NCBI RefSeq assembly: GCF_963921235.1
Contig: NC_086109.1
Location: 4,156,001 to 4,220,000, forward strand
Source: Mobula hypostoma
Taxonomy: Eukaryota
Reading direction: 5' to 3'
DNA length: 64,000 nucleotides
How positions within the stretch are numbered: the first letter of the stretch is position 1; the number at the start of each line of letters is the position of its first letter. This document shows positions 1-12,400 of the stretch, in pieces. The notes beneath the pieces are model-generated. The model was not told where the DNA came from. It searched no databases and was given only the letters and a program-made list of their open reading frames with translations. The translations under genes and the position numbers were made by a program.

Positions 1-335
1 AAACTCTGGGCAGTTTCTAGAGCAGGTTGCATGGTTGGCACAACTTTGTAGGCCGAAGGGTTTGTAATCTGCTGTAGAGTTCCATGTTCTGTGTTTCTAT
101 GATATTGTCACAATAGGGTGATGATCTGGATGATAGATTTGCACTAGCAAACTCGTGGATGACACCAAGACCTGGGGTGTAGCGGACAGCGAAGAAGACT
201 ATCAAAGCTAGCAGTGGAACCTGGACTAGGTGGTAAAATAGGCTGGAAGACAGTGTTTAGGTTAGAGTTAAATTGGGAATGGGGATGTTGCTGGGTAGGG
301 CAGCCCGAAGGGCTGAAGGGCCTGTACTGCACTAC

Positions 336-415
336 CAGGGAATTCCAACCCTGGGTCCACAGATCCCTCGGTTAATGATAGGGGTCCATGGCATAAAAAA
401 GGTTGGGGACCCCTG
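336..415. mobile_element. 80-bp hAT-like MITE (second copy at 6409-6488)
   Basis: Imperfect TIRs CAGGGAATTCCAACC...GGTTGGGGACCCCTG; same family as 19824-19903, which retains an 8-bp TSD. Confidence 0.75.
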
Positions 416-439
416 CTCCAACTAAAATGGCACATTTTT

Positions 440-1140
440 ATGCAGACAAGTGTAAAGTGTTGCACTTTGGGAGGACAAACCAGTGTAGGACTTACACAGT
501 GAACCGTGGAGTACTGAGAAGTGCAGAGGAACAGAGAGATCGGGGGAAAAAAAGATCTTTAATTCCTTGAAAACGGCAGCACAGTTAGACAGGGTCGTAA
601 AGAGAGCTTGCGGTGCATTGGCCTTCATAAATCAAAGTTTTGATTACAAGAGTTGTGATTTTTTTTTGAAGTTGTATAAGATGTTGGAGTATTGTGTGCA
701 GTTCTGGTTAATTACCTTGAGCAAAGGTGTCAATTAGATTCAAAGAGTGCAGAAGAACATTACAAAGGTGTTGCCAGGACTTGAGGAAGGGTTGAATGTT
801 GGGATATTTTTCCCTGGAATGCAGGAGACTGAGGAGGGATATGATAGAAGTACAGTACACAAAATTATGAAGGGTATAGATAGAGCAGGCTTTTCCCACT
901 GAGGTTGGGTGAGGCTATAGGTCATAGGTGAAGGGTGAAAGGTGAAACATTTAAGGGGAACATGTGCTCAGAAGGTGGTGATAGGGTGGAGCAAGCTGCC
1001 AGTGGAAGTGGTCGATGTGGGTTCAAATACAACATTTAAGAGAAGTTTAGTTAAGTACGTGGATGGGAAGGGTGTGGATGGCTATGATTGGTGGGAGTGC
1101 AGGATGGGCTAAATGGGCTGAATGGCCTGTCTGTGCTGCA
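440..1140 (+). mobile_element. Decayed CR1 LINE ORF2 3' part and tail (duplicated at ~6513-7213)
   Basis: DKCKVLHFGR, LEYCVQFW and ..GDMIEV..KIMKGIDR-type coding remnants, plus CR1-type 3' end GGGCTGAATGGCCTGT. Confidence 0.85.
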
Positions 1141-1585
1141 GTGATCTGTGATCATCATTATGTACAAATGTGTATGCACACTAAGTGGAGGAGTTGTGTT
1201 TCTAAATGAATAACATGTAAACTGGACAACTGAAGCCCAAATGGTCTCCAGCTGAAACGTTCCTCCCCCACCACCCCAACAGATGCTGCCTGACCTGCTG
1301 AGTTCCTCCAGCAGAATGGTGTTGCTCCCAGACTGCAGCGTCTGCTGTCTCCTGTGTCTCCATCTGAAGCCCTTCATTTACTGGACTCCTCAGTGCAGGG
1401 AGAGGAACACAGGCTTTTGCCTTGAACACAGGTTCCTCCCTCTTCTCCAGTAGCCTGGAACTGGGAGTTCCTTGCTCAGAAGGTGGGATTCGGAGCCAAT
1501 TCCCATCGTGTCCTGTGTGGAATCCACGACCAACCACATCACAACGGGCAGCAAATAATCTGCTGGAGGAAGTCAACCGGTCAAT

Positions 1586-1792
1586 CGACGTTCCCTCTAT
1601 TTTTTTTATCAGCTGCTTGGAGCAAACACTCCTCTGAGCAGGAAATTTTTAACCCGGCCTGAAAAGTGTCCGTCACTTTAACAAAATATTATATAAAAGA
1701 AAATTCAAACTGCGCGGCAACAAAGGCTATGTGCACAGGAGCATTTCAGTTACCGCGTGGCCGCACAACCCTGCGACTTAGAGGGAATAATA
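1586..1792. mobile_element. Putative hAT-type MITE (duplicated at ~7659-7865)
   Basis: Inverted ends GTTCCCTCTA...TAGAGGGAA; flanks CGGTCAAT / TAGTCAAT resemble a degenerate 8-bp TSD. Confidence 0.5.
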
Positions 1793-2089
1793 TAGTCAAT
1801 CAGCAGGTGTAGAGTTTTGACCTGAAATGCCGACAACTCCTCTCGCCCACAGACACTGCCTACACCTCTCTCGGAGAGATGAAGTCCCCTATCAACCCTG
1901 GAACTTCAGAAAAATATTACAATAGATAAGTCCCCCGGGGCAGACAGGATATACCCCAGGTTACTGTGGAATTATTGGGGAATTGATGATGATCTTTGCA
2001 TCCTCCCTTAGGGACAGGATTTAGGAGCATTTGGAGAAGCATAGTCTGATTAGTGATGGTCGGTATTGACTTCTAAGGGGCTGGTTGTA

Positions 2090-2710
2090 GCTCAAAATCA
2101 CAATCAGGTTTATTATCATTGGCATCTGTTGTGAAATTTGTTGTTTTGCAACAGCAGTACAGCGCAATACCTAATCAAATACTATAAATTATAATAAGAA
2201 ATGTATTTTTTTAAAAAATTAAAGTACATTTGTAAATAATTAGTGCAAAAAGGGATCAAAGAAAAGTAATGATGTAGTGATCGGGGGTTCCATGACTATC
2301 CAGAAATCGGTTGGCAGAGGAGAATATGCAGTTCCTGAATTTTTGAGAGTGTGTCTTCAGGCTCCTCTCCCTCCTCCCTGATGGTAGCAATGAGAAGAGG
2401 ATGTGTCCTGGGTGATGGGGGTCTTTTTAATGATGGATGCTGCCTTTTTGAGACATCGCCTTTTGAAAGTGTCCTGGATGCTGGGGAGGTTAGTGACTAT
2501 GGTGGAGTTAGCAGAGTTCACAACTTTTTGCGCTTTTTCTGATCCTGTGGATTCTCCCCTCAGTACTGGACAGTGATGCAGCCAGGTAGACACGGTCCGT
2601 CAGTAGAAATCTGCATGACTTTGCTGTCAGACCAAGTCTCGCCAAATGTCCCATGAAATATAGCTGCTGTCTTTGTAATTGCATCAATATATTAGACCCA
2701 GGATAGGTCT
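2090..2710 (-). mobile_element. Rex1/Babar-type LINE 3' fragment (duplicated at ~8163-8783)
   Basis: Minus-strand peptide QKVVNSA..I....LPSIQDTFKRRCLKKAASIIK is typical of the Rex1-type ORF C-terminus; AATAAACCTGATT-type tail. Confidence 0.85.
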
Positions 2711-2714
2711 AAAT

Positions 2715-3256
2715 CCTAAAAGAGTTTTTCAATGAGGTAACTAAAAGCAAATTGATGAAGCAGTGGATGCAGTGTATATGGATTTTACTGAAGCATTGAT
2801 AAAGATCCCCATTCAGAATGTCAGGAGGCATGGAATCAAACAAAACATGCCTGCATGGATTCAAAATTGACTTGCCCACAAACGGAAGAGGGTGGTAGTA
2901 GATGGAACATATTCTACCTGGATGTTGGCGAACAGTGTTCTTCCATGGATCTGAAATAGGAGCCCTACTCTTCTTCATTTCTATAAATGACTTGGATGAG
3001 AAAGTTGATGGGCAGGCTAGTAAGTGTGCAGATGACTCAAAGGTTGGTGGTGTTGTGGATAGTGCAGAGGGTCACCGTGGGATATAGCTAGGTTGGGTGG
3101 AGAAATGGCAGACGGAGTTCAATCTGGAAAAGGGTCGAGGATTCACTTTGAAAGGTTGAACATGAATACAGGGTTAATGGTACTGGAGGAACAGAGGGAT
3201 CTTGGGGTCTATACAGTGTGTCTGTCAAAGTTGTGTAAATTAATAGGATGTTAAAT
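2715..3256 (+). mobile_element. Decayed CR1 RT fragment leading directly into the 21-bp array (duplicated at 8788-9329)
   Basis: AVDAVYMDF, GSEIGALLFFISINDLDE, KCADDSKVGG and EEQRDLGV motifs. Confidence 0.9.
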
Positions 3257-4154
3257 AAGGGGTGTGATGTGTTGGCTAAGGAGTGTTGTGTGTTGGCTAA
3301 GGAGTGTGGTGTGTTGGCTACGGAGTGTGGTGTGTTGGGTAACGAGTGTGGTGTGTTGTTTAAAGAGTGTGGTGTGTTGTTTAAGGAGTGTGCTGCGTTG
3401 GGTAAGGAGTGTGGTGTGTTGGGTAAGGAGTGTGGTGTGTTGTTTAAGGAGTGTGGTGTGTTGGGTAAGGAGTGTGGTGTGTTGTTTAAGGAGTGTGGTG
3501 TGTTGGGTAAGGAGTGTGCTGTGTTGGGTAAGGAGTGTGGTGTGTTGTTTAAGGAGTGTGGTGTGTTGGGTAAGGAGTGTGCTGTGTTGGGTAAGGAGTG
3601 TGGTGTGTTGTTTAAGGAGTGTGGTGTGTTGTTTAAGGAGTGTGGTGTGTTGTTTAAGGAGTGTGCTGCGTTGGGTAAGGAGTGTGGTGTGTTGTTTAAG
3701 GAGTGTGGTGTGTTGGCTAAGGAGTGTGGTGTGTTGGGTAAGGAGTGTGGTGTGTTGGGTAAGGAGTGTGCTGTGTTGGGTAAGGAGTGTGGTGTGTTGT
3801 TTAAAGAGTGTGGTGTGTTGTTTAAGGAGTGTGCTGTGTTGGGTAAGGAGTGTGCTGTGTTGTTTAAGGAGTGTGCTGTGTTGGGTAAGGAGTGTGCTGT
3901 GTTGGGTAAGGAGTGTGCTGTGTTGGGTAAGGAGTGTGGTGTGTTGTTTAAGGAGTGTGCTGTGTTGGGTAAGGAGTGTGCTGTGTTGGGTAAGGAGTGT
4001 GGTGTGTTGTTTAAGGAGTGTGGTGTGTTGGGTAAGGAGTGTGGTGTGTTGTTTAAGGAGTGTGGTGTGTTGGGTAAGGAGTGTGGTGTGTTGTTTAAGG
4101 AGTGTGGTGTGTTGTTTAAGGAGTGTGCTGCGTTGGGTAAGGAGTTGGGTAAGG
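3257..4154. repeat. 21-bp minisatellite, 42 units
   Basis: Unit AAGGAGTGTG(G/C)TGTGTTG(GGT/TTT/GCT); (4139-3257)/21 = 42. Confidence 0.99.
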
Positions 4155-5574
4155 CACCTGCCTCAACCATTTCCTCTGGCAGGACATGCCACATAAATAT
4201 TAAGCCTTTGTGTAAACACTTCTGTATGTCCGAAGTAGGGTTGTTTTGTTTGGCTGCATACGTATAGTCAGAAGGTAATAAATTCGAACTTGAAAGCAGT
4301 TTCCCCTCAAGTTTCTATTACACCCCTAAAACCTGTTCCCTTGGGTTCTTATTCCCCATCCCTGGGAGAGGACTGAGTGCATTCTCTCTGCCTGTGACCC
4401 TCGTGGTTTTACACACTCAATGTTTCAGGAGCAACTTTGTGTGATGTCAGTAGATTTCTAAATAGCCCATGAACACTACCCTCACTATTTCTCTTTTGCA
4501 TAACTTGTATTACGACTTACAGTATTTTTATGAATTGCATCGTACTGCAGCCGCCAAACAACAGATTTCACAACCGATATCAGTGGTAATAAACCTGATT
4601 CTGATTCTGATAAGATCACCCCTTAGTCTCCTGTGCATATAGATTATTAGGGTCATAGAGTACTACAGTAAAAAACAGGCCCTTCAGCCCATCTAGTCCA
4701 TGGTTCAATTTAATATCAGAGGATGTATACAGTATACAACTTGAAATTCTTACTCTTCACATGGTTCAACATGGATCAGATGGGCCGAAGAGCCTGTTTC
4801 TGTGCTGTACTTTTCTATGACTCCATCTAGCTCTAAGGAATAAATTTCTGGCCTGTCCAATCTTTCTCTATTACTCAGTCCCTCACTTCCTGGCAGGACC
4901 ATGTCATTTTTCTTTCTGTACAATTTCCAGCTTAATATCACCTTTCCACTGTAGAATTGACCAACACTGAACACAGTGCTCCAAGTTTGGCCTCGCCAGT
5001 GTCCTGTACAACCACACCATGACCTCTCAACTTTTATACCCAGTTCCCTGACTGATGAAGGCAGGGTGCAAGACCTTTAGCAGTAGGAGGTGTCAGATGG
5101 CCATCAGGGGCAGACACTGGGTGGGATCTGTACCCATCCCGAGACCCTGGTGAGACCGTCAAGCTGGAGAAATCACAATGCCAATGAATCCTAGTGAGCC
5201 GGTGACCACAATTCACACACTGATTACTCTCGGTCTCATATGAAGGTTTATAATCTTCCTGCTAACTGTAATTTATTAGAATGATGCACAGTCTGTGCAG
5301 ATTAAAAGTGAATTTATCAAAGGTTATTGGACAGATATTAAATTCCAGTGCCAATTACTTCATGAGTGTTGTTAGTCCGTTTATGTTAAACTGATTGATG
5401 GCTGCAATTATTCGAGGACATAAATGATGTCACACTAAGTCTCGATGGGCTGATCCTCAGTGTCGGAGCACAGTGAGGGGTTGGAGAACGGGAGGACCAC
5501 CTTACAAAGGACAAGTTATATCTCCAGTCATCAGGAGCCATTGGGACTGATGTTCAAATGCTGGCGTTCCTTAA

Positions 5575-6165
5575 TGTTTGGCTGTCTGACTGGATGCCAG
5601 TGACTAGTGGTGTGCCACAGGGGTCAGTACAGGGTCTGTTGTTGTTTGTCATCTATATCAATGACCTGGACGATGCTACAGGGAGAGTGCAGAGGAGATT
5701 TACTAGGATGTTGCCTGGAAAGGAGAGCATGACTTATGAGAATAGGTTGAGTGAACTCAGCCTTTTCTCCTTGGAGCGACAGAGGATGAGAGGTGACCTG
5801 ATAGAGGTGTATAAGATGATGAGAGGCATTGGTCGTGTAGATAGCCAGAGGCTTTTTCCCAGGGCTGAAATGGCTCACACAAGGGGGCAAAGTTTTAAGG
5901 TGCTTGGAAGCAGCTACAAGGGGGATGTCAGAGGTAACTTCTTCACACAGAGAGTGGAGGGTGCGTGGAATACACTTCCAGCGAAGGTGATAGAGGTGGA
6001 TACAGTAGGGTCTTTTAAGACACTCTTAGATAGGTGCACGGAGCTTTGAAAAATAGTGGGCTATGTGGTAGGGAAACTCTGGGCAGTTTCTAGAGCAGGT
6101 TGCATGGTTGGCACAACTTTGTAGGCCGAAGGGTTTGTAATCTGCTGTAGAGTTCCATGTTCTGT
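5575..6165 (+). mobile_element. CR1 LINE 3' fragment with internal deletion
   Basis: ORF 5558..6049: VTSGVPQGSV..LLFVIYINDLD joined directly to RVQRRFTRMLPG...FFTQRV..AWNTLP, followed by CR1 tail. Confidence 0.92.
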
Positions 6166-9100
6166 GTTTCTATGATATTGTCACAATAGGGTGATGATCT
6201 GGATGATAGATTTGCACTAGCAAACTCGTGGATGACACCAAGACCTGGGGTGTAGCGGACAGCGAAGAAGACTATCAAAGCTAGCAGTGGAACCTGGACT
6301 AGGTGGTAAAATAGGCTGGAAGACAGTGTTTAGGTTAGAGTTAAATTGGGAATGGGGATGTTGCTGGGTAGGGCAGCCCGAAGGGCTGAAGGGCCTGTAC
6401 TGCACTACCAGGGAATTCCAACCCTGGGTCCACAGATCCCTCGGTTAATGATAGGGGTCCATGGCATAAAAAAGGTTGGGGACCCCTGCTCCAACTAAAA
6501 TGGCACATTTTTATGCAGACAAGTGTAAAGTGTTGCACTTTGGGAGGACAAACCAGTGTAGGACTTACACAGTGAACCGTGGAGTACTGAGAAGTGCAGA
6601 GGAACAGAGAGATCGGGGGAAAAAAAGATCTTTAATTCCTTGAAAACGGCAGCACAGTTAGACAGGGTCGTAAAGAGAGCTTGCGGTGCATTGGCCTTCA
6701 TAAATCAAAGTTTTGATTACAAGAGTTGTGATTTTTTTTTGAAGTTGTATAAGATGTTGGAGTATTGTGTGCAGTTCTGGTTAATTACCTTGAGCAAAGG
6801 TGTCAATTAGATTCAAAGAGTGCAGAAGAACATTACAAAGGTGTTGCCAGGACTTGAGGAAGGGTTGAATGTTGGGATATTTTTCCCTGGAATGCAGGAG
6901 ACTGAGGAGGGATATGATAGAAGTACAGTACACAAAATTATGAAGGGTATAGATAGAGCAGGCTTTTCCCACTGAGGTTGGGTGAGGCTATAGGTCATAG
7001 GTGAAGGGTGAAAGGTGAAACATTTAAGGGGAACATGTGCTCAGAAGGTGGTGATAGGGTGGAGCAAGCTGCCAGTGGAAGTGGTCGATGTGGGTTCAAA
7101 TACAACATTTAAGAGAAGTTTAGTTAAGTACGTGGATGGGAAGGGTGTGGATGGCTATGATTGGTGGGAGTGCAGGATGGGCTAAATGGGCTGAATGGCC
7201 TGTCTGTGCTGCAGTGATCTGTGATCATCATTATGTACAAATGTGTATGCACACTAAGTGGAGGAGTTGTGTTTCTAAATGAATAACATGTAAACTGGAC
7301 AACTGAAGCCCAAATGGTCTCCAGCTGAAACGTTCCTCCCCCACCACCCCAACAGATGCTGCCTGACCTGCTGAGTTCCTCCAGCAGAATGGTGTTGCTC
7401 CCAGACTGCAGCGTCTGCTGTCTCCTGTGTCTCCATCTGAAGCCCTTCATTTACTGGACTCCTCAGTGCAGGGAGAGGAACACAGGCTTTTGCCTTGAAC
7501 ACAGGTTCCTCCCTCTTCTCCAGTAGCCTGGAACTGGGAGTTCCTTGCTCAGAAGGTGGGATTCGGAGCCAATTCCCATCGTGTCCTGTGTGGAATCCAC
7601 GACCAACCACATCACAACGGGCAGCAAATAATCTGCTGGAGGAAGTCAACCGGTCAATCGACGTTCCCTCTATTTTTTTTATCAGCTGCTTGGAGCAAAC
7701 ACTCCTCTGAGCAGGAAATTTTTAACCCGGCCTGAAAAGTGTCCGTCACTTTAACAAAATATTATATAAAAGAAAATTCAAACTGCGCGGCAACAAAGGC
7801 TATGTGCACAGGAGCATTTCAGTTACCGCGTGGCCGCACAACCCTGCGACTTAGAGGGAATAATATAGTCAATCAGCAGGTGTAGAGTTTTGACCTGAAA
7901 TGCCGACAACTCCTCTCGCCCACAGACACTGCCTACACCTCTCTCGGAGAGATGAAGTCCCCTATCAACCCTGGAACTTCAGAAAAATATTACAATAGAT
8001 AAGTCCCCCGGGGCAGACAGGATATACCCCAGGTTACTGTGGAATTATTGGGGAATTGATGATGATCTTTGCATCCTCCCTTAGGGACAGGATTTAGGAG
8101 CATTTGGAGAAGCATAGTCTGATTAGTGATGGTCGGTATTGACTTCTAAGGGGCTGGTTGTAGCTCAAAATCACAATCAGGTTTATTATCATTGGCATCT
8201 GTTGTGAAATTTGTTGTTTTGCAACAGCAGTACAGCGCAATACCTAATCAAATACTATAAATTATAATAAGAAATGTATTTTTTTAAAAAATTAAAGTAC
8301 ATTTGTAAATAATTAGTGCAAAAAGGGATCAAAGAAAAGTAATGATGTAGTGATCGGGGGTTCCATGACTATCCAGAAATCGGTTGGCAGAGGAGAATAT
8401 GCAGTTCCTGAATTTTTGAGAGTGTGTCTTCAGGCTCCTCTCCCTCCTCCCTGATGGTAGCAATGAGAAGAGGATGTGTCCTGGGTGATGGGGGTCTTTT
8501 TAATGATGGATGCTGCCTTTTTGAGACATCGCCTTTTGAAAGTGTCCTGGATGCTGGGGAGGTTAGTGACTATGGTGGAGTTAGCAGAGTTCACAACTTT
8601 TTGCGCTTTTTCTGATCCTGTGGATTCTCCCCTCAGTACTGGACAGTGATGCAGCCAGGTAGACACGGTCCGTCAGTAGAAATCTGCATGACTTTGCTGT
8701 CAGACCAAGTCTCGCCAAATGTCCCATGAAATATAGCTGCTGTCTTTGTAATTGCATCAATATATTAGACCCAGGATAGGTCTAAATCCTAAAAGAGTTT
8801 TTCAATGAGGTAACTAAAAGCAAATTGATGAAGCAGTGGATGCAGTGTATATGGATTTTACTGAAGCATTGATAAAGATCCCCATTCAGAATGTCAGGAG
8901 GCATGGAATCAAACAAAACATGCCTGCATGGATTCAAAATTGACTTGCCCACAAACGGAAGAGGGTGGTAGTAGATGGAACATATTCTACCTGGATGTTG
9001 GCGAACAGTGTTCTTCCATGGATCTGAAATAGGAGCCCTACTCTTCTTCATTTCTATAAATGACTTGGATGAGAAAGTTGATGGGCAGGCTAGTAAGTGT

Positions 9101-9413
9101 GCAGATGACTCAAAGGTTGGTGGTGTTGTGGATAGTGCAGAGGGTCACCGTGGGATATAGCTAGGTTGGGTGGAGAAATGGCAGACGGAGTTCAATCTGG
9201 AAAAGGGTCGAGGATTCACTTTGAAAGGTTGAACATGAATACAGGGTTAATGGTACTGGAGGAACAGAGGGATCTTGGGGTCTATACAGTGTGTCTGTCA
9301 AAGTTGTGTAAATTAATAGGATGTTAAATAAGGGGTGTGATGTGTTGGCTAAGGAGTGTTGTGTGTTGGCTAAGGAGTGTGGTGTGTTGGCTACGGAGTG
9401 TGGTGTGTTGGGT
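6074..9413. repeat. Tandem segmental duplication, copy 2
   Basis: Matches 1-3340 with no differences noticed by eye. Confidence 0.97.
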
Positions 9414-12400
9414 AAGGAGTGTGGTGTGTTGTTTAAAGAGTGTGGTGTGTTGGGTAAGGAGTGTGCTGCGTTGTTTAAGGAGTGTGGTGTGTTGGGTAAG
9501 GAGTGTGGTGTGTTGTTTAAGGAGTGTGGTGTGTTGTTTAAGGAGTGTGGTGTGTTGGGTAAGGAGTGTGGTGTATTGTTTAAGGAGTGTGGTGTGTTGG
9601 GTAAGGAGTGTGGTGTGTTGGGTAAGGAGTGTGGTGTGTTGTTTAAGGAGTGTGGTGTGTTGGGTAAGGAGTGTGGTGTGTTGTTTAAGGAGTGTGGTGT
9701 ATTGGCTAAGGAGTGTGGTGTATTGGGTAAGGAGTGTGGTATGTTGGCTATGGAGTGTGGTGTGTTGGGTAAGGAGTGTGCTGTGTTGGGTAAGGAGTGT
9801 GCTGTGTTGGGTAAGGAGTGTGCTGTGTTGGGTAAGGAGTGTGGTGTGTTGGGTAAGGAGTGTGGTGTGTTGTTTAAGGAGTGTGGTGTATTGGCTAAGG
9901 AGTGTGGTGTATTGGCTACGGAGTGTGGTGTGTTGTTTAAGGAGTGTGGTATGTTGGCTACGGAGTGTGGTGTGTTGGGTAAGGAGTGTGCTGTGTTGGG
10001 TAAGGAGTGTGGTGTGTTGGCTATGGAGTGTGGTGTGTTGGGTAAGGAGTGTGCTGTGTTGGGTAAGGAGTGTGCTGTGTTGTTTAAGGAGTGTGGTGTG
10101 TTGTTTAAGGAGTGTGGTGTGTTGGGTAAGGAGTGTGGTGTGTTGGGTAAGGAGTGTGCTGTGTTGGGTAAGGAGTGTGGTGTGTTGGGTAAGGAGTGTG
10201 GTGTGTTATTTAAGGAGTGTGGTGTGTTGGCTAAGGAGTGTGGTGTGTTGGGTAAGGAGTGTGGTGTGTTGGGTAAGGAGTGTGCTGTGTTGTTTAAGGA
10301 GTGTGCTGTGTTGGGTAAGGAGTGTGGTGTGTTGTTTAAGGAGTGTGCTGTGTTGGGTAAGGAGTGTGGTGTGTTGGGTAAGGAGTGTGGTGTGTTATTT
10401 AAGGAGTGTGGTGTATTGTTTAAGGAGTGTGGTGTGTTGGGTAAGGAGTGTGCTGTGTTGGGTAAGGAGTGTGGTGTGTTGTTTAAAGAGTGTGGTGTGT
10501 TGGGTAAGGAGTGTGGTGTGTTGTTTAAGGAGTGTGGTGTGTTGGGTAAGGAGTGTGGTGTGTTGGCTAAGGAGTGTGGTGTGTTGTTTAAAGAGTGTGG
10601 TGTGTTGGGTAAGGAGGGTAGTGTGTTGTTTAAGGAGTGTGCTGTGTTATTTAAGGAGTGTGCTGTGTTGTTTAAGGAGTGTGCTGTGTTGGGTAAGGAG
10701 TGTGGTGTATTGTTTAAGGAGTGTGCTGTGTTGGGTAAGGAGTGTGCTGTGTTGTTTAAGGAGTGTGCTGTGTTGGGTAAGGAGTGTGGTGTATTGTTTA
10801 AGGAGTGTGGTGTGTTGAGTAAGGAGTGTGGTGTGTTGTTTAAGGAGTGTGCTGTGTTGGGTAAGGAGTGTGGTGTGTTGGGTAAGGAGTGTGCTGTGTT
10901 GGGTAAGGAGTGTGGTGTGTTGTTTAAGGAGTGTGGTGTGTTGGGTAAGGAGTGTGGTGTGTTGTTTAAGGAGTGTGCTGTGTTGGGTAAGGAGTGTGGT
11001 GTATTGGGTAAGGAGTGTGGTGTGTTGTTTAAGGAGTGTGGTGTGTTGGGTAAGGAGTGTGCTGTGTTGGGTAAGGAGTGTGCTGTGTTGGGTAAGGAGT
11101 GTGGTGTATTGGGTAAGGAGTGTGGTGTGTTGTTTAAGGAGTGTGGTGTGTTGGGTAAGGAGTGTGGTGTGTTGGGTAAGGAGTGTGGTGTGTTGGGTAA
11201 GGAGTGTGGTGTATTGGGTAAGGAGTGTGGTGTGTTGGCTAAGGAGTACGGTGTATTGGGTAAGGAGTGTGGTGTGTTATTTAAGGAGTGTGCTGTGTTG
11301 TTTAAGGAGTGTGCTGTGTTGGGTAAGGAGTGTGGTGTATTGTTTAAGGAGTGTGCTGTGTTGGGTAAGGAGTGTGCTGTGTTGTTTAAGGAGTGTGCTG
11401 TGTTGGGTAAGGAGTGTGGTGTATTGTTTAAGGAGTGTGGTGTGTTGGGTAAGGAGTGTGGTGTGTTGTTTAAGGAGTGTGCTGTGTTGGGTAAGGAGTG
11501 TGGTGTATTGTTTAAGGAGTGTGCTGTGTTGGGTAAGGAGTGTGGTGTGTTGTTTAAGGAGTGTGCTGTGTTGGGTAAGGAGTGTGCTGTGTTGGGTAAG
11601 GAGTGTGGTGTGTTGGGTAAGGAGTGTGGTGTGTTGGCTAAGGAGTGTGCTGTGTTGGGTAAGGAGTGTGGTGTGTTGGGTAAGGAGTGTGCTGTGTTGG
11701 GTAAGGAGTGTGGTGTGTTGGGTAAGGAGTGTGGTGTGTTGTTTAAGGAGTGTGCTGTGTTGGGTAAGGAGTGTGGTGTGTTGGGTAAGGAGTGTGGTGT
11801 GTTGGCTAAGGAGTGTGGTGTGTTGGCTAAGGAGTGTGCTGTGTTGGGTAAGGAGTGTGGTGTGTTGGGTAAGGAGTGTGCTGTGTTGGGTAAGGAGTGT
11901 GGTGTGTTGGGTAAGGAGTGTGCTGTGTTGTTTAAGGAGTGTGGTGTGTTGGGTAAGGAGTGTGGTGTGTTGTTTAAGGAGTGTGGTGTGTTGGGTAAGG
12001 AGTGTGGTGTGTTGGCTAAGGAGTGTGCTGTGTTGGGTAAGGAGTGTGCTGTGTTGTTTAAGGAGTGTGGTGTGTTGGGTAAGGAGTGTGGTGTGTTGTT
12101 TAAGGAGTGTGCTGTGTTGGGTAAGGAGTGTGGTGTATTGGGTAAGGAGTGTGGTGTGTTGTTTAAGGAGTGTGGTGTGTTGGGTAAGGAGTGTGGTGTG
12201 TTGTTTAAGGAGTGTGGTGTGTTGTTTAAGGAGTGTGCTGTGTTGGGTAAGGAGTGTGGTGTGTTGGGTAAGGAGTGTGGTGTGTTGGGTAAGGAGTGTG
12301 GTGTGTTGGGTAAGGAGTGTGGTGTATTGGCTAAGGAGTACGGTGTATTGGGTAAGGAGTGTGGTGTGTTATTTAAGGAGTGTGCTGTGTTGTTTAAGGA

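Larger units (their letters stand above)
1..3340. repeat. Tandem segmental duplication, copy 1 (visible part; probably extends left of window)
   Basis: Sequence from 1 recurs at 6074 (offset 6073); the ORF track gives identical peptides at +6073 (e.g. 17..205 vs 6090..6278, 2902..3087 vs 8975..9160). Identity continues into the first 4 minisatellite units. Confidence 0.97.

Noticed and set aside
3088..4194. (PNTPHSL)n minus-strand ORF as a mucin or Pol II CTD-like heptad domain
   Set aside because: Antisense reading of the same minisatellite; both ends are CR1 remnants; opposite strand to the nearby host exon.
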